Positions 1-9,774 are shown, numbered from the stretch's first letter. The stretch is 64,000 bases of DNA from Polyangiaceae bacterium (GCA_965222375.1 CBDCTZ010000016.1:2880001-2944000), one strand, 5' to 3'. The notes: generated by a model from the sequence alone, not told the origin. A program made the numbers and translations.

Positions 1-545
1 CGCTCGCCCCAAGGGAACTTTCGCGTCCCCCCAGCGGTTACGATGTACTCCCACTCCGCTTCGGTGAGCCAGCGTTTGCCGCGTTTGACACAGGTCTTGT
101 TGGTTCTCGCGACAGCTTTTTTTTCGTCGGCGATGTTGGGCGCAAACGCAACCCCGCTAGGTTGATAAAGTGGCCTGCCACAGCCGAGGTCTCGCGATGC
201 ACATTCAATGCCAGATCCCGGCGGGTAGCCATCAGCTGTTACCACTGTCGCATCCACATAAAACGGCTCGACCGTCACGGTCCTGGGCTGGTCGCGAAGG
301 GGACACTCGGTGAAATCAGGCGGGATCTCTAGGGCCCCAGCCCGGTCACAATAGCCTGCACCCATCGCGAAGGTGCCACCGGGAAAGAAGACTTCCTTGA
401 CGGTGCACACGCCGTCGACCATCTCGTGGCTGGGGGGGCAACCTGACTTGGGATACGTCGGGATGGGCTTGTCCTCGTCGGTGGTGCCACCGCAGGCCAC
501 GGCGCATAGCGCGCAGCAGAGGACCGTGAATCGATGGCCGGGCAC
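1..545 (-). CDS. Formylglycine-generating-enzyme (SUMF1/FGE-sulfatase) domain lipoprotein, 3' end outside the window
   Basis: Not in the ORF track because it has no stop in the window. Manual translation from GTG 545: MPGHRFTVLCCALCAVAC-GG (lipobox), then GGTFAMG, VTVEPFYVD..VT, KRWLTEAEWEY and FPWG, all characteristic of the FGE fold. Starts 2 nt after the stop of the upstream gene. Confidence 0.8.
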   Translation of the reverse strand, partial: MPGHRFTVLCCALCAVACGGTTDEDKPIPTYPKSGCPPSHEMVDGVCTVKEVFFPGGTFAMGAGYCDRAGALEIPPDFTECPLRDQPRTVTVEPFYVDATVVTADGYPPGSGIECASRDLGCGRPLYQPSGVAFAPNIADEKKAVARTNKTCVKRGKRWLTEAEWEYIVTAGGTRKFPWGE

Positions 546-547
546 GA

Positions 548-3448
548 TCAGCTCCAGCGCCGCATTCCCAGCCCAACGACGCCAAGTGTGATCAGGAGCA
601 TCGACCAAGGTGTTGTGGGTGAGCGTTCACCCGCAGTTCGGCAGGAACAGCCACCACCTCCGCCGCCAGGAACGTCGATTTCGATGAACGCAGGGGTTTG
701 GGCGTTGGCACTGACGATGCAATTGATCGGGTCGTCGGGGCCCGACGCGGAGGCGAGGCATTGACGCAGCCGATAGTAGACTCGACCCGAGCCTTGTTCC
801 GCTGCAGCAACCGCGGCTTGCCAGTTCGCGCTCGACGGTTGTTTGAGCGCAAACCCCGCTGGGGCGCAGTTGGTTCGAATCGAGGTGTCGATCACGATTA
901 GCTGGCGCTGTTGCTGCGCGAACGCTGCGGTACTGCTCAGCTCGAAGTACACGATCTGACCGGTGGCACCCACACGCTGATAACGACTTCCGAACGGCGC
1001 GAAGATCTCGAAGGTCGGCACCGCACCGCCCGTCCATTCCAGAGGACCTCCAGCCGTGATGGACGCGGAGCTCATGCCCCGTGCCGTGCCGTCGTCGCAC
1101 GTGGCCGTGTCACAACTGAGCTGCGGACGCTTGTCGATGTCGTCGTCCAGGCCCAGACCACCCCAAATATGAGCTAGGGGCGGAAACACGCCCTTTTCCG
1201 CGAAGGCCGCGCGTGCAATGTGAACGTACCGGCGCGCGCTCTCGCCCGGTTGAGCCGCGAGGAAGGCCAGCAGGCCACCGAGGTAGAACATCTCGTTGTC
1301 ACTCGGCCTCTGGAGCTTGCGTTCCGCTTGAAGCAGGTGCTGCGCGAAGAACCCAGGCCCAATGCCGGCTTGGCGGAAGCGTTGTTGGTACAGATACATT
1401 CCGCCGCCCAGGATCAGCTGGCGCACTCCCCACTTATACTGCTCTCCCGACCCGGGATGGCAAACTGGGTCTAGACCAGGGCCACTTTCCCAAAACCCGA
1501 ACGCCTCGTTGTTGCATAGCCGTCGTACTCCGGCTGGACCCACGCCAGTCTGGTAGGTCCCGCGATTGCCGCTGCAGACGGCCAATTCTGAGGGGCTCAG
1601 GTGGGCTGCACCCAAAGTTCCTTGTATTCCACGAGTGGATACAGCGGAAAACCCATCCGCGGTGCCCTCGAGCAGGTACGCGCGGCGACATTCTGCGCCG
1701 CAGCTGCTGCCCCCGGAACCAGACGGCGGAAAGGGAAACAAGTCCTCCCCCGTCACGAACTTCTGCCAACCAGCAAACTGCGCCAGGGACTCCTGGATGT
1801 GGTGGTGGTATTCGTGGGCGAAGACGTCGCCGCCGCCGGGACCGTCATATTCCACGAGGTCCTCGGCAGGGTTCTCGAACGCGCCCATCTTCAGAATGCG
1901 CCGGCCCGCCCGAAACCTGAACGCGTTCGGGGGCAAGCCATCCAGCTCCGGGTTCCAATGCACCGTCACTTCGGTGCGGAAGCGGTCCTGGCCGTTGACC
2001 ACGAACTTCGGATCGAGCAGGGCGTAGAAGCGCTGCAGCTTGGCCATGTTGTAGAAGGCCTGCAGCTCGGCGTGGTGGGCGGGGCCAACGGCTTGGACCG
2101 GCGCGGATTGCTGGTCGCGGACGTAGGCAAGCAAACTGTTCGAGTCTGTTGGCCGACTCGCTACCTGGTCGTACACCCCGTGCACCGGCTCGCCGCCCCA
2201 GGTGCTCGCGAAGTCGAGCACCTGAGGCGGCAACGGATCGAAGCTGTCGGGTGGGTTGGTGAAATCGAGGTCTGGTCGAGGCGCGACCAGGGGCTGCGTG
2301 AGCGCACCGTCCACGTCGCGCAGCACGTCGTTGTAGCAGATCGCGAATCCCCGGGCGTACTGCTGCGGGCCCTGTCCGACGCAATTCTGTTTGCCCGCTT
2401 CGACCGGCGCCGTGTCTAGGATCCCCTGGCCGCTGCCCACCGGGATCGGCGTGTTTCGCTCGGCAACTCCGACGGTGTAGTCGAGATCGTAGCCGTTGAA
2501 GGTGAAGGGCTTCGTATTGTCGCCCACTGCCAGCACGTTTCCCTGGCCGTCGAGCTCCACGGCGATTTCTCTGCGGCCGTCGCTGAGTACGGCATAGAAG
2601 TGGGCGCTGGCGATTGGGCCGTCTGCAACCAGGAGCCGCTCGATGTCGCCGTAGCCTGCGGGCAGCTCCGCCGCATTGCGCGCGATATCCAAAGCGGAGT
2701 CTTCGGCCAATTGGAACGGTTCGAAGCGCGTGGGAGCTTGCAGCGGCAAGCGGCAGTACAAGATCGCTGCGGTGGTCTGTCCGGACTCGACGGACAGATC
2801 GCACTCGGCAGGAGACACGCGAACATCCTCGTGAAAGAACCCCGCTGTCCACATGCGTCGAGTGGCGCCGGCTTCGGTCAGCTCGCGTCGCTCCAGAACG
2901 GTGGCGTTTGCTGGAACCTGTCGTCCGGCCAGATCAACAGCCGATTCGATCAGCTCTTCGAGTTCCACCATCGTCGGCGATGCCGACGGGAGCTCGATGT
3001 CGGACAGAAGGAAGGTGGGCCAGTCGGGGTGGCCTTGCAGACTGGCTCGCCGAAACGCGCGGCGCGCGCTTGCGTTGAAGCGACCGGGTCGAAAGCCAGG
3101 CGCCTCGCGCACGCCGTGGGAGATCACGGGGCCGAAGGGATCGGCGGCTCGCTGGTGCTTGCGGTTACGGCAGTCGACCCAGGGTTGGTCCGCGCCGTGG
3201 TCACCGCCGTCGTCGTTGCCCGCGCCGGGGCCGGATAGGGGCTGCGTCAGCCGTGTCGACTCGGACTTCGAGTCGGAGGCGCAAGCGATAGAGCCTACCA
3301 CTGAGAGAGAGAGAGAGAGAGCGTCAACGTGATGCGGTGCATTTTTCCTCCCCGGAAACCTTCGGTCCTGTGACTCGAAATGATGCGCCTCGGCGCGATG
3401 CGTCGCAAGCGTGTTTGTCATGTTGGCGTGTAGGCGCGCATGCGACAT
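548..3448 (-). CDS. Thermolysin-like (M4/M36-type gluzincin) zinc metallopeptidase with C-terminal MYXO-CTERM anchor; the true start is probably ATG 3342, currently out of frame
   Basis: Motifs PPNAF, DVFAHEYHH (HExxH) and LLEGTADGFS (third-ligand Glu). C-terminus GGGGGGCSCRTAG...WSMLLITLGVVGLGMRR is MYXO-CTERM-like. N-terminal LSLSLSVVGSIAC is lipobox-like. Confidence 0.75.
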   Translation of the reverse strand: MSHARLHANMTNTLATHRAEAHHFESQDRRFPGRKNAPHHVDALSLSLSVVGSIACASDSKSESTRLTQPLSGPGAGNDDGGDHGADQPWVDCRNRKHQRAADPFGPVISHGVREAPGFRPGRFNASARRAFRRASLQGHPDWPTFLLSDIELPSASPTMVELEELIESAVDLAGRQVPANATVLERRELTEAGATRRMWTAGFFHEDVRVSPAECDLSVESGQTTAAILYCRLPLQAPTRFEPFQLAEDSALDIARNAAELPAGYGDIERLLVADGPIASAHFYAVLSDGRREIAVELDGQGNVLAVGDNTKPFTFNGYDLDYTVGVAERNTPIPVGSGQGILDTAPVEAGKQNCVGQGPQQYARGFAICYNDVLRDVDGALTQPLVAPRPDLDFTNPPDSFDPLPPQVLDFASTWGGEPVHGVYDQVASRPTDSNSLLAYVRDQQSAPVQAVGPAHHAELQAFYNMAKLQRFYALLDPKFVVNGQDRFRTEVTVHWNPELDGLPPNAFRFRAGRRILKMGAFENPAEDLVEYDGPGGGDVFAHEYHHHIQESLAQFAGWQKFVTGEDLFPFPPSGSGGSSCGAECRRAYLLEGTADGFSAVSTRGIQGTLGAAHLSPSELAVCSGNRGTYQTGVGPAGVRRLCNNEAFGFWESGPGLDPVCHPGSGEQYKWGVRQLILGGGMYLYQQRFRQAGIGPGFFAQHLLQAERKLQRPSDNEMFYLGGLLAFLAAQPGESARRYVHIARAAFAEKGVFPPLAHIWGGLGLDDDIDKRPQLSCDTATCDDGTARGMSSASITAGGPLEWTGGAVPTFEIFAPFGSRYQRVGATGQIVYFELSSTAAFAQQQRQLIVIDTSIRTNCAPAGFALKQPSSANWQAAVAAAEQGSGRVYYRLRQCLASASGPDDPINCIVSANAQTPAFIEIDVPGGGGGGCSCRTAGERSPTTPWSMLLITLGVVGLGMRRWS
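3303..3321. repeat. (GA)9G dinucleotide microsatellite inside the signal-peptide coding region of the metallopeptidase
   Basis: Read directly: ct-gagagagagagagagagag-cg. Confidence 0.95.
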
Positions 3449-3800
3449 GTCGTCACGGCGTTTGCACGCTCACGTTACGGAACAGTTGGCGAACTGCACC
3501 GACCGGCAGACGTACTCGCAACGCCTCGGATCCCAAGGTGATCTCGACGATAGAGCAGAATCTGCGCAACTCGTCGTGTGGCGAGCCTCGCGCGGCAGTT
3601 CGAGCGAGGTTGCAGGTTTCCGTGCCACGAAGTGCCATTGTCAACGCTCGGCCCGGCGTGGGAGTAGTGGCCCAGGTTGCGCTCGCGAACCGACCCCAAA
3701 CCCAAACCTTCACAACCGGCGTGGAGGGGGCCATGAGCCCGTGGCAGCTCTTGCGGACCACGCGGCGCGTCCGGGGAGCCAGCACGCCTGTAGCAGCCGC

Positions 3801-5204
3801 TCAGAAGGCGGCGTTGCCCGGAGTGCGCGGGTAGGGGATGGCGTCGCGGATGTTGGCCACTCCGGTGGCGTACACCACGAGGCGCTCCAGGCCCAGGCCG
3901 AAACCAGCGTGGGGCACGGTGCCAAAGCGGCGCAGATCCCGGTACCAACCGTAGTCGGCCGGGTCGAGATCGAAGGCCCGCAGGCGCTGATCCAAGACGT
4001 CGAGGCGTTCCTCACGCTGAGAGCCACCGATGATCTCGCCAATACCGGGTGCCAGCACGTCCATGGCGGCGACGGTCTTTTCGTCGTCGTTCAGACGCAT
4101 GTAAAACGCCTTGATTTCGGCCGGGTAGTTCATCACGACCACGGGCTTCTTGAAGTGCTTTTCCACCAGGAAACGCTCGTGTTCGGTTTGCAGGTCTGCG
4201 CCCCACTTCACCGGGAACTCGAACTTCATCTTGGCGCTTTGCAAGATCTTGATCGCGTCCGTGTAGTCAACGCGGGCGAAGCTGGAGTCCACGAAGCCTT
4301 CGAGGCGTTCGATGGCAGTCTTCTCGATACGTTGCGCGAAAAACGCCATGTCATCGGGTCGTTCCTCGAGCACGGCGCGAAAGACGTATTTGAGAAAGTC
4401 CTCTGCGAGATCTGCGTCGTCTTTGAGATCCGCGAAGGCGATTTCCGGCTCTACCATCCAGAACTCGGCTAGGTGCCGCGCGGTGTTGGAGTTTTCTGCA
4501 CGGAAGGTCGGTCCAAATGTGTACACCTTGGACAGCGCCAAGCAGTACGCTTCCACGGCGAGTTGCCCGCTGACAGTTAGAAAGGCCTCCCTGCCGAAGA
4601 AGTCCTGGGCGTAGTCAATCTTGCCTTCAGGCGTACGGGGCAGGTTGGCCATGTCCAGGGTGCTGACCCGGAACATGTCGCCGGCGCCTTCACAATCGCT
4701 GGCGGTGATGATGGGTGTGTTCACCCATACGAAGTCGCGCTCGTGAAAGTAGCGATGAATGGCTTGGGCAATTGTCTGACGCACCCGCGCGACCGCGCTG
4801 AAGGTATTGGTGCGGGGCCTCAGATGGGCCACTTCGCGCAGAAACTCGAAGCTGTGAGCTTTGGGCTGAATCGGGTAGGACTCCGGATCGTCGACGAGGC
4901 CAATGACTTCGATGGTCTGTGCTTGAATCTCGAAAGCCTGGCCCTTGCCTCGAGAGCGCACCAAGTTGCCCGTGCAGCGCAAAGAGGCGCCGCTCGTCAC
5001 GTGCAGGATTTCCTTCTCGTAGTTCGGGAGGCTGTTTTGCGCCACGAGCTGAATCGGCGCGAAGCACGACCCATCGTGCAGATGGATGAATGAGAGGCCT
5101 GCTTTCGAATCCCGTCGAGTCCGGGCCCAGCCCTGCACGGTCACTTCCGTGCCTTCTGCCACCTCACCGCTCAATGCGCGTTTGACCGAAATCGTCGTTG
5201 TCAT
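3801..5204 (-). CDS. asnS: Asparagine--tRNA ligase
   Basis: N-terminal OB fold ([10 protein letters not shown]), motifs [42 protein letters not shown] and [12 protein letters not shown]. Confidence 0.97.
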   Translation of the reverse strand: MTTTISVKRALSGEVAEGTEVTVQGWARTRRDSKAGLSFIHLHDGSCFAPIQLVAQNSLPNYEKEILHVTSGASLRCTGNLVRSRGKGQAFEIQAQTIEVIGLVDDPESYPIQPKAHSFEFLREVAHLRPRTNTFSAVARVRQTIAQAIHRYFHERDFVWVNTPIITASDCEGAGDMFRVSTLDMANLPRTPEGKIDYAQDFFGREAFLTVSGQLAVEAYCLALSKVYTFGPTFRAENSNTARHLAEFWMVEPEIAFADLKDDADLAEDFLKYVFRAVLEERPDDMAFFAQRIEKTAIERLEGFVDSSFARVDYTDAIKILQSAKMKFEFPVKWGADLQTEHERFLVEKHFKKPVVVMNYPAEIKAFYMRLNDDEKTVAAMDVLAPGIGEIIGGSQREERLDVLDQRLRAFDLDPADYGWYRDLRRFGTVPHAGFGLGLERLVVYATGVANIRDAIPYPRTPGNAAF

Positions 5205-5303
5205 GCTGCTAATCCTCGTGCCCGTGGGCGGCCGGAACCATACACGATTGGGGTGCGGGCGCGCCGCACCGAAGCGAAGCGAAGTCGCTATGGGAGCGCC
5301 GCG

Positions 5304-5834
5304 CTACTCGGCAGCCATGGGGCTGAGCGGCTGAAGGTCGCCTTGTGCTAGCTGCTCCTCCATCACCTCAGCCCAAGCCCGCAGGTATGAGATCACGTTG
5401 CCGCGGTCGGCATAGGGGAAGTCCACGGAGTTCGTTCCCAGCCGCCTACGGATCTGCGGATCCGATAGCCGCTCCAAGTGTGCAATGTCGGCTGCCTCCA
5501 AGCCCGCGGCAGCCATCTGCCTCAAGATCTGCGTCATGGGTACGCCCGTGTTCGGGCAGGCCCCGAGGTCTTCGGGCTCCCAAGCGCCCTCGTCTAGGGC
5601 GGGTCGGTCTCCGTAGTCGGGAAGGTCCATCGTCAGCGCCTGTTGGGCCCAGTCCCCCTCTCGCACCGCCGCGGCGTCGTAGATCTGTCGAGGCGACAAG
5701 CGGGTCAGAGTTTGAGCCAGGTTCCCGCAATTGCAGTGAGCGAAGTGAGACCAGCGGTACGTGCTGGCGCCAGTTTCCAATCGCATGGCGGTTTCTCGGA
5801 GTGCCTCGGCGAGTAGCGCGCTAGGTCGGGCCAT
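5304..5834 (-). CDS. Conserved hypothetical protein with YxWxHxxxCNCGxLAQ motif
   Basis: Well-formed ORF between speD and asnS in the same orientation. Start at MARPS chosen (ORF track gives 5843). Confidence 0.7.
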   Translation of the reverse strand: MARPSALLAEALRETAMRLETGASTYRWSHFAHCNCGNLAQTLTRLSPRQIYDAAAVREGDWAQQALTMDLPDYGDRPALDEGAWEPEDLGACPNTGVPMTQILRQMAAAGLEAADIAHLERLSDPQIRRRLGTNSVDFPYADRGNVISYLRAWAEVMEEQLAQGDLQPLSPMAAE

Positions 5835-5882
5835 CACCTTCAAGTGTAGCGCACAATCCGTGCGCTGGAACCGGCACCTGCG

Positions 5883-5990
5883 CCCAGCGGCTCGGGCGGG
5901 TTCAGCCGGCCTCGCGGCAACCCTGACGGCAACCGTTGCAGCAGCTCCGGGGCCCCAGCGGCTCGGGCGGAGTTCAGCCGGTCTCGCGGC
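5883..5990. repeat. Two imperfect 36/37-bp direct repeats separated by 35 bp; the second copy overlaps the speD stop
   Basis: cccagcggctcgggcgg-g-ttcagccgg-c-ctcgcggc (5883-5918) versus cccagcggctcgggcgg-ag-ttcagccgg-t-ctcgcggc (5954-5990). Confidence 0.85.
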
Positions 5991-6405
5991 CGCGGCCTTC
6001 GCGAGTTCGGCTCACGATGCGCACGTCTTGGGGCACGAGCTTTCGTCCGGCCTCGATGTCCGCCGGCAGGCCGCGCGTGATTTCCTGGAGCCGATAGCTC
6101 GACGCGCTCAGTCGCGCCGCCAGCGTCTCCACTCCATGGTTGGGGTCGAGTTCGCCACAAGTGAAGATGTCCACAGCGACGTAGGCCTGCTCGGGCCAGG
6201 TGTGCAGGGACATGTGGCTTTCCGCGATGACCAACGTCCCACTGACCCCCTGGGGCGCGAAGCGATGAAACGCCTCCCCCACGACCGTGGCGCGGACGGC
6301 GTCCGCAGTGGCCAGCAAGATGGATCGCACGGCCTGGACGTCGTCGATGACGTTCATGTCGCAGTCGTAGAATTCAGCGATTAGATGGCGGCCGAGGGTC
6401 TTCAC
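5974..6405 (-). CDS. speD: S-adenosylmethionine decarboxylase proenzyme (small, class 1B)
   Basis: GRHLIAEFY, F.PQGVSG, IAESHMSLHTWPE (autocleavage ES), AVDIFTCG. Confidence 0.92.
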   Translation of the reverse strand: MKTLGRHLIAEFYDCDMNVIDDVQAVRSILLATADAVRATVVGEAFHRFAPQGVSGTLVIAESHMSLHTWPEQAYVAVDIFTCGELDPNHGVETLAARLSASSYRLQEITRGLPADIEAGRKLVPQDVRIVSRTREGRGRETG

Positions 6406-6473
6406 GAATTGGGTCCGGTAAACAGCAAGGCGCGAACATAGCGCGAGACGAAGCGGTGTGCGAGAGTTGCCGC

Positions 6474-7037
6474 GTGGAAGGCACCGTCGATTTCACTACC
6501 AAGGACGGGCGAGCTGCTCGGCTGCGAGTCGCGAGCGTTGCGGATGCCGCGGCCTTGGTGGAGTTGGACACTGCGCTGCTCGAGGCTGGTGACGGCACCG
6601 TGGGTGGGCCAGAGGATGCTCGCAGCGTTGAAGAGGAGGCGCGCCGCATCGACGATCTGTATCGGGGCTTCTCCGCCGGCGATGCCTCGACCAGCATCGT
6701 CGCCGAGCTGATGGAGCCACAGTCCAGGATCGTGGCAATGGCGGGTTTGAAGCAGTTCGGCCCTTCGTTCTTGCGGCATGTCGCTTACCTCGGGATCGGA
6801 GTTCATCCGAGCTTCCAGGCCCAGGGCGTTGGCCGCGCGCTGATGCAGGCGTTGCTGGATCACGCGAAGCTGTGCGGAATCGAGCGCCTCGAATTGTATG
6901 TTCGCTCCGACAATGTCCGCGCACACTCGCTGTATCGCGCCTTCGGATTTTCCTATGAGGGCACGCGCCGCAAGTTCGTGAAGATAGCAGGTGGCACCTA
7001 CATCGACGACCAGATCTGGGTGCGTTTTTTGGCGTGA
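6474..7037 (+). CDS. GNAT family N-acetyltransferase
   Basis: LGIGVHPSFQAQGVGRALM acetyl-CoA motif and N..A..LY..FGF. Start GTG approximate (ORF track gives 6456). Confidence 0.88.
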   Translation: MEGTVDFTTKDGRAARLRVASVADAAALVELDTALLEAGDGTVGGPEDARSVEEEARRIDDLYRGFSAGDASTSIVAELMEPQSRIVAMAGLKQFGPSFLRHVAYLGIGVHPSFQAQGVGRALMQALLDHAKLCGIERLELYVRSDNVRAHSLYRAFGFSYEGTRRKFVKIAGGTYIDDQIWVRFLA

Positions 7038-7116
7038 TTGAGGGCGCAGCCGTGCCCCGAACTCGCGGGCAGGGCTGGGCAGACAGCGCCAACGACATTT
7101 TTGCGCGCCCATTGTC

Positions 7117-8385
7117 GTGGGGCTGGCTATGGTGCCCAGCATCATGCAGCCAGGTGTTTTTCGATCCGTACCCCGCACCGGCGTCATCTACGTGATGGCC
7201 GAGGCGGCGCGCCACGGCTACCGCCAAGAAGATCCCGACTGGAGCAACCTGGGGCAAGGCATGCCCGAAGCCGGTGAATTAGCCGGCGCGCCCGCCCGAG
7301 TGCGACAAGTCAGTATCAGCGATGCCGACCAAGAGTATGCGCCCGTGGCCGGGTTGTGGGAACTGCGCGAAGCGGTGGCTGGCCTTTATAACGACTTGTT
7401 TCGTCGTGGTCATGGCTCCAAGTACAGCGCCGAGAATGTGGCCATCGCAGGTGGCGGCCGCGTGTCGATCATGCGCGCCTGCGCGGCCATCGGAACCGTG
7501 AACCTCGGACACTTCTTGCCCGACTACACGGCGTACGAAGAATTGTTGGACGTATTCCGGCGTTTCATACCGATCCCCGTGCTGCTCGATCCCGAGCGCG
7601 GCTACAGCTTCAGCGTGGACGAGCTGCGTCGCGAGATCTTGGGTCGCGGCCTGGGAGCCGTACTGCTCTCCAACCCCTGCAACCCCACTGGCAAGTTGAT
7701 CGCGGGGCAGGACTTGGAAGCGTGGGTTCAGACGGCGCGGGAGCTGGATTGTACGCTTCTGACCGATGAGTTCTATTCCCACTACATCTGGTCGGAGCAG
7801 CCGAGCATCGTGAGCGCAGCAGAGTACGTCGAAGACGTGGACAAGGATCCCGTCGTCATTTTCGATGGCTTGACGAAGAACTGGCGCTACCCGGGCTGGC
7901 GCACCACGTGGATTGTCGGGCCGAAGCCCGTGATCGAGGCGGCCGCCAGTGCCGGTTCGTTCTTGGACGGTGGCGGCTCTCGCCCGTTGCAGCGCGCGGC
8001 GGTCGAGATCGTGACAGCAGAGCATGCGCGCAAAGAAGGCGCGGCGATCCACAGCGTCTTTGGCAAGAAACGTCAGTGCTTGGTTGCAGGGCTGCGCGAC
8101 ATCGGGGTGCGCTTCGACGTTGAGCCGGAAGGAACCTTCTACGCATGGGGAGACCTCTCAGAGCTGCCTGAGTCTTTCCGCGATTGCGACGATTTCTTCC
8201 GAATGGCCCTCGAAGAGAAGGTCATCACCGTGCCTGGGAAGTTCTTCGACGTGGATCCGGGACAGCGCCGGTTGGGTCGCGCTTCGCGCTTCAACCACCA
8301 CATGCGCTTTTCTTTCGGACCGGAGCTGTCCAGGCTCGAGCAAGCCATCGACCGCCTCAAACGCCGGGTGGTGCAGGCCAAGTGA
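7117..8385 (+). CDS. PLP-dependent aminotransferase class I/II
   Basis: NLGQG.PE, SNPCNPTG, TDEFY, GLTKNWRYPGWR (PLP Lys), RFSF. Start may be a later Met. Confidence 0.92.
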   Translation: MGLAMVPSIMQPGVFRSVPRTGVIYVMAEAARHGYRQEDPDWSNLGQGMPEAGELAGAPARVRQVSISDADQEYAPVAGLWELREAVAGLYNDLFRRGHGSKYSAENVAIAGGGRVSIMRACAAIGTVNLGHFLPDYTAYEELLDVFRRFIPIPVLLDPERGYSFSVDELRREILGRGLGAVLLSNPCNPTGKLIAGQDLEAWVQTARELDCTLLTDEFYSHYIWSEQPSIVSAAEYVEDVDKDPVVIFDGLTKNWRYPGWRTTWIVGPKPVIEAAASAGSFLDGGGSRPLQRAAVEIVTAEHARKEGAAIHSVFGKKRQCLVAGLRDIGVRFDVEPEGTFYAWGDLSELPESFRDCDDFFRMALEEKVITVPGKFFDVDPGQRRLGRASRFNHHMRFSFGPELSRLEQAIDRLKRRVVQAK

Positions 8386-8502
8386 CGCCCCGGATTCCCC
8401 TTTGGATTTATCAATACATTCAGGGAGATGCGTGCAAAGGCATAATCCATTCCCCTTCACGCCACGCACTCTTCGTGGCGTCGTCTTTCGGAGGAATATC
8501 CC

Positions 8503-9285
8503 ATGCGCAGTGTGATCGGTTTCCTGGTGTTGCTTGGTGTGGGCGCAGTGCTCGGCACAGGCTGCGGTTCAGAGGATGACGACGACGGGAGCGGTGGCAG
8601 CGGAGGACGTCCCGAGCAAACCGGAGCGGCCTGCGAAGCGCCGTCAGACTGCTACAGCGACGTAGAGGACAAGTCCACGCTGCAGGGCGATGTGCGCTGT
8701 CTGGACAAGATCCGAGACGGATATTGCACCCACGTTTGCACTGCGGACACGGACTGCTGCGCCGCCGATGGTGAATGCAAAACAGGAATCAAGCAGGTCT
8801 GCTCGCCCTTCTCGTCGGACCCCGACATGATGTGCTTCTTGAGTTGTGAACCGGGGGATCTCGTGCCCGCAAGCGGCGGCAGCGGCAAAGTGGACGAGGA
8901 AGAGTACTGCCAACGCGAGGCGGGATCGGAGTTCATTTGCCGCTCTAGCGGCGGTGGAAGCAAGAACCGAAAGATCTGTGTCCCGGGTGATTGCGGTGCT
9001 GGCGCTGATTGCGCCACGGACGCCGATTGCGCCACGGACCTCACCTGCTTCACTGGCTTTGCGGGCGGCTATTGCGCCAAGAAAGGCTGCAGCGATAACG
9101 CTGGCTGCCCACAAGGCACGGTGTGCGTGAAGGGAGATCCGGACAACTACTGCGCCAGGCAATGCTCAGGAGAGACCGACTGCAGCTTCTGTCGCGTTCG
9201 CGAGCACTGGGCTAGCTGTGGCGATCAGGTGACTTTCGTAGAGACGGGCACGTCCGGCACGGTGTGCATTCCTCCGAAGAAGTGA
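8503..9285 (+). CDS. Cysteine-rich lipoprotein
   Basis: RBS GGAGGA, signal peptide ending GTGC, Gly/Asp linker, repeated GYC...C...DC modules typical of myxobacterial surface proteins. Confidence 0.8.
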   Translation: MRSVIGFLVLLGVGAVLGTGCGSEDDDDGSGGSGGRPEQTGAACEAPSDCYSDVEDKSTLQGDVRCLDKIRDGYCTHVCTADTDCCAADGECKTGIKQVCSPFSSDPDMMCFLSCEPGDLVPASGGSGKVDEEEYCQREAGSEFICRSSGGGSKNRKICVPGDCGAGADCATDADCATDLTCFTGFAGGYCAKKGCSDNAGCPQGTVCVKGDPDNYCARQCSGETDCSFCRVREHWASCGDQVTFVETGTSGTVCIPPKK

Positions 9286-9306
9286 TCCACCGCGGAACGC
9301 GGCTCT

Positions 9307-9774
9307 TCAGTCAGGAGGCTCCGCTGCCGCTTGCGTACTCACTTGTCTGACCTTGTGTGGATGGCAGAGCACGACTGTTGCGCCAACGACGATGAGACCG
9401 CCTATTGAAACAACGGCCCAAGACGCGAGCGAGGATGCCAGGGCGACGTATGCGAAACTCGCGCCCATCATCGACACTGCCAAGAGCTTCGCGCGAATCG
9501 GGATGACGCGATGTTGTCGCCAGTGTTGGAGAGGTGGTCCAAACCATTTGTGGTGCAGCAGCCAATCATGTAGGCGATCCGAGCCACGGGCGAAACAGGC
9601 TAGCGCGAGCAACATCGGCCCGGTTGTCGGAAGGCCAGGCACCACTACTCCAATGACCCCGATTCCAAACAGGATCCATCCCAAGGCGAGCCAGGTCAGT
9701 TTCACCAAGCGCCCACGCTGGCGTTTGCCAGGAGGTTCAGGAGGTTCGACGCTGGGCTCGACGCTTGCGCTCAC
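9307..9774 (-). CDS. YbaN/DUF454 family membrane protein
   Basis: GVIGVVVPGLPTT...ACFARGS.RLH.WLL.H..FGP.L..W signature. Confidence 0.88.
   Translation of the reverse strand: MSASVEPSVEPPEPPGKRQRGRLVKLTWLALGWILFGIGVIGVVVPGLPTTGPMLLALACFARGSDRLHDWLLHHKWFGPPLQHWRQHRVIPIRAKLLAVSMMGASFAYVALASSLASWAVVSIGGLIVVGATVVLCHPHKVRQVSTQAAAEPPD

Noticed and set aside
1..545. Diversity-generating retroelement target (FGE/CLec fold)
   Set aside because: No reverse transcriptase or template repeat in the window, and the C-terminal region where a variable repeat would lie is outside it.
3453..3785. 110-aa ORF with VEITLG...RVRLPVG, reminiscent of an IS66 accessory protein tail
   Set aside because: Similarity is too short; no transposase, terminal inverted repeats or RBS seen.
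5883..5990. CRISPR array
   Set aside because: Only two imperfect repeats, one overlapping a stop codon; no leader and no cas genes in the window.
7117..8385. Dedicated Trp aminotransferase of the indole cluster
   Set aside because: It lies about 6.7 kb away, separated by unrelated genes on both strands. Specificity cannot be read from the sequence, so the link is unsupported.
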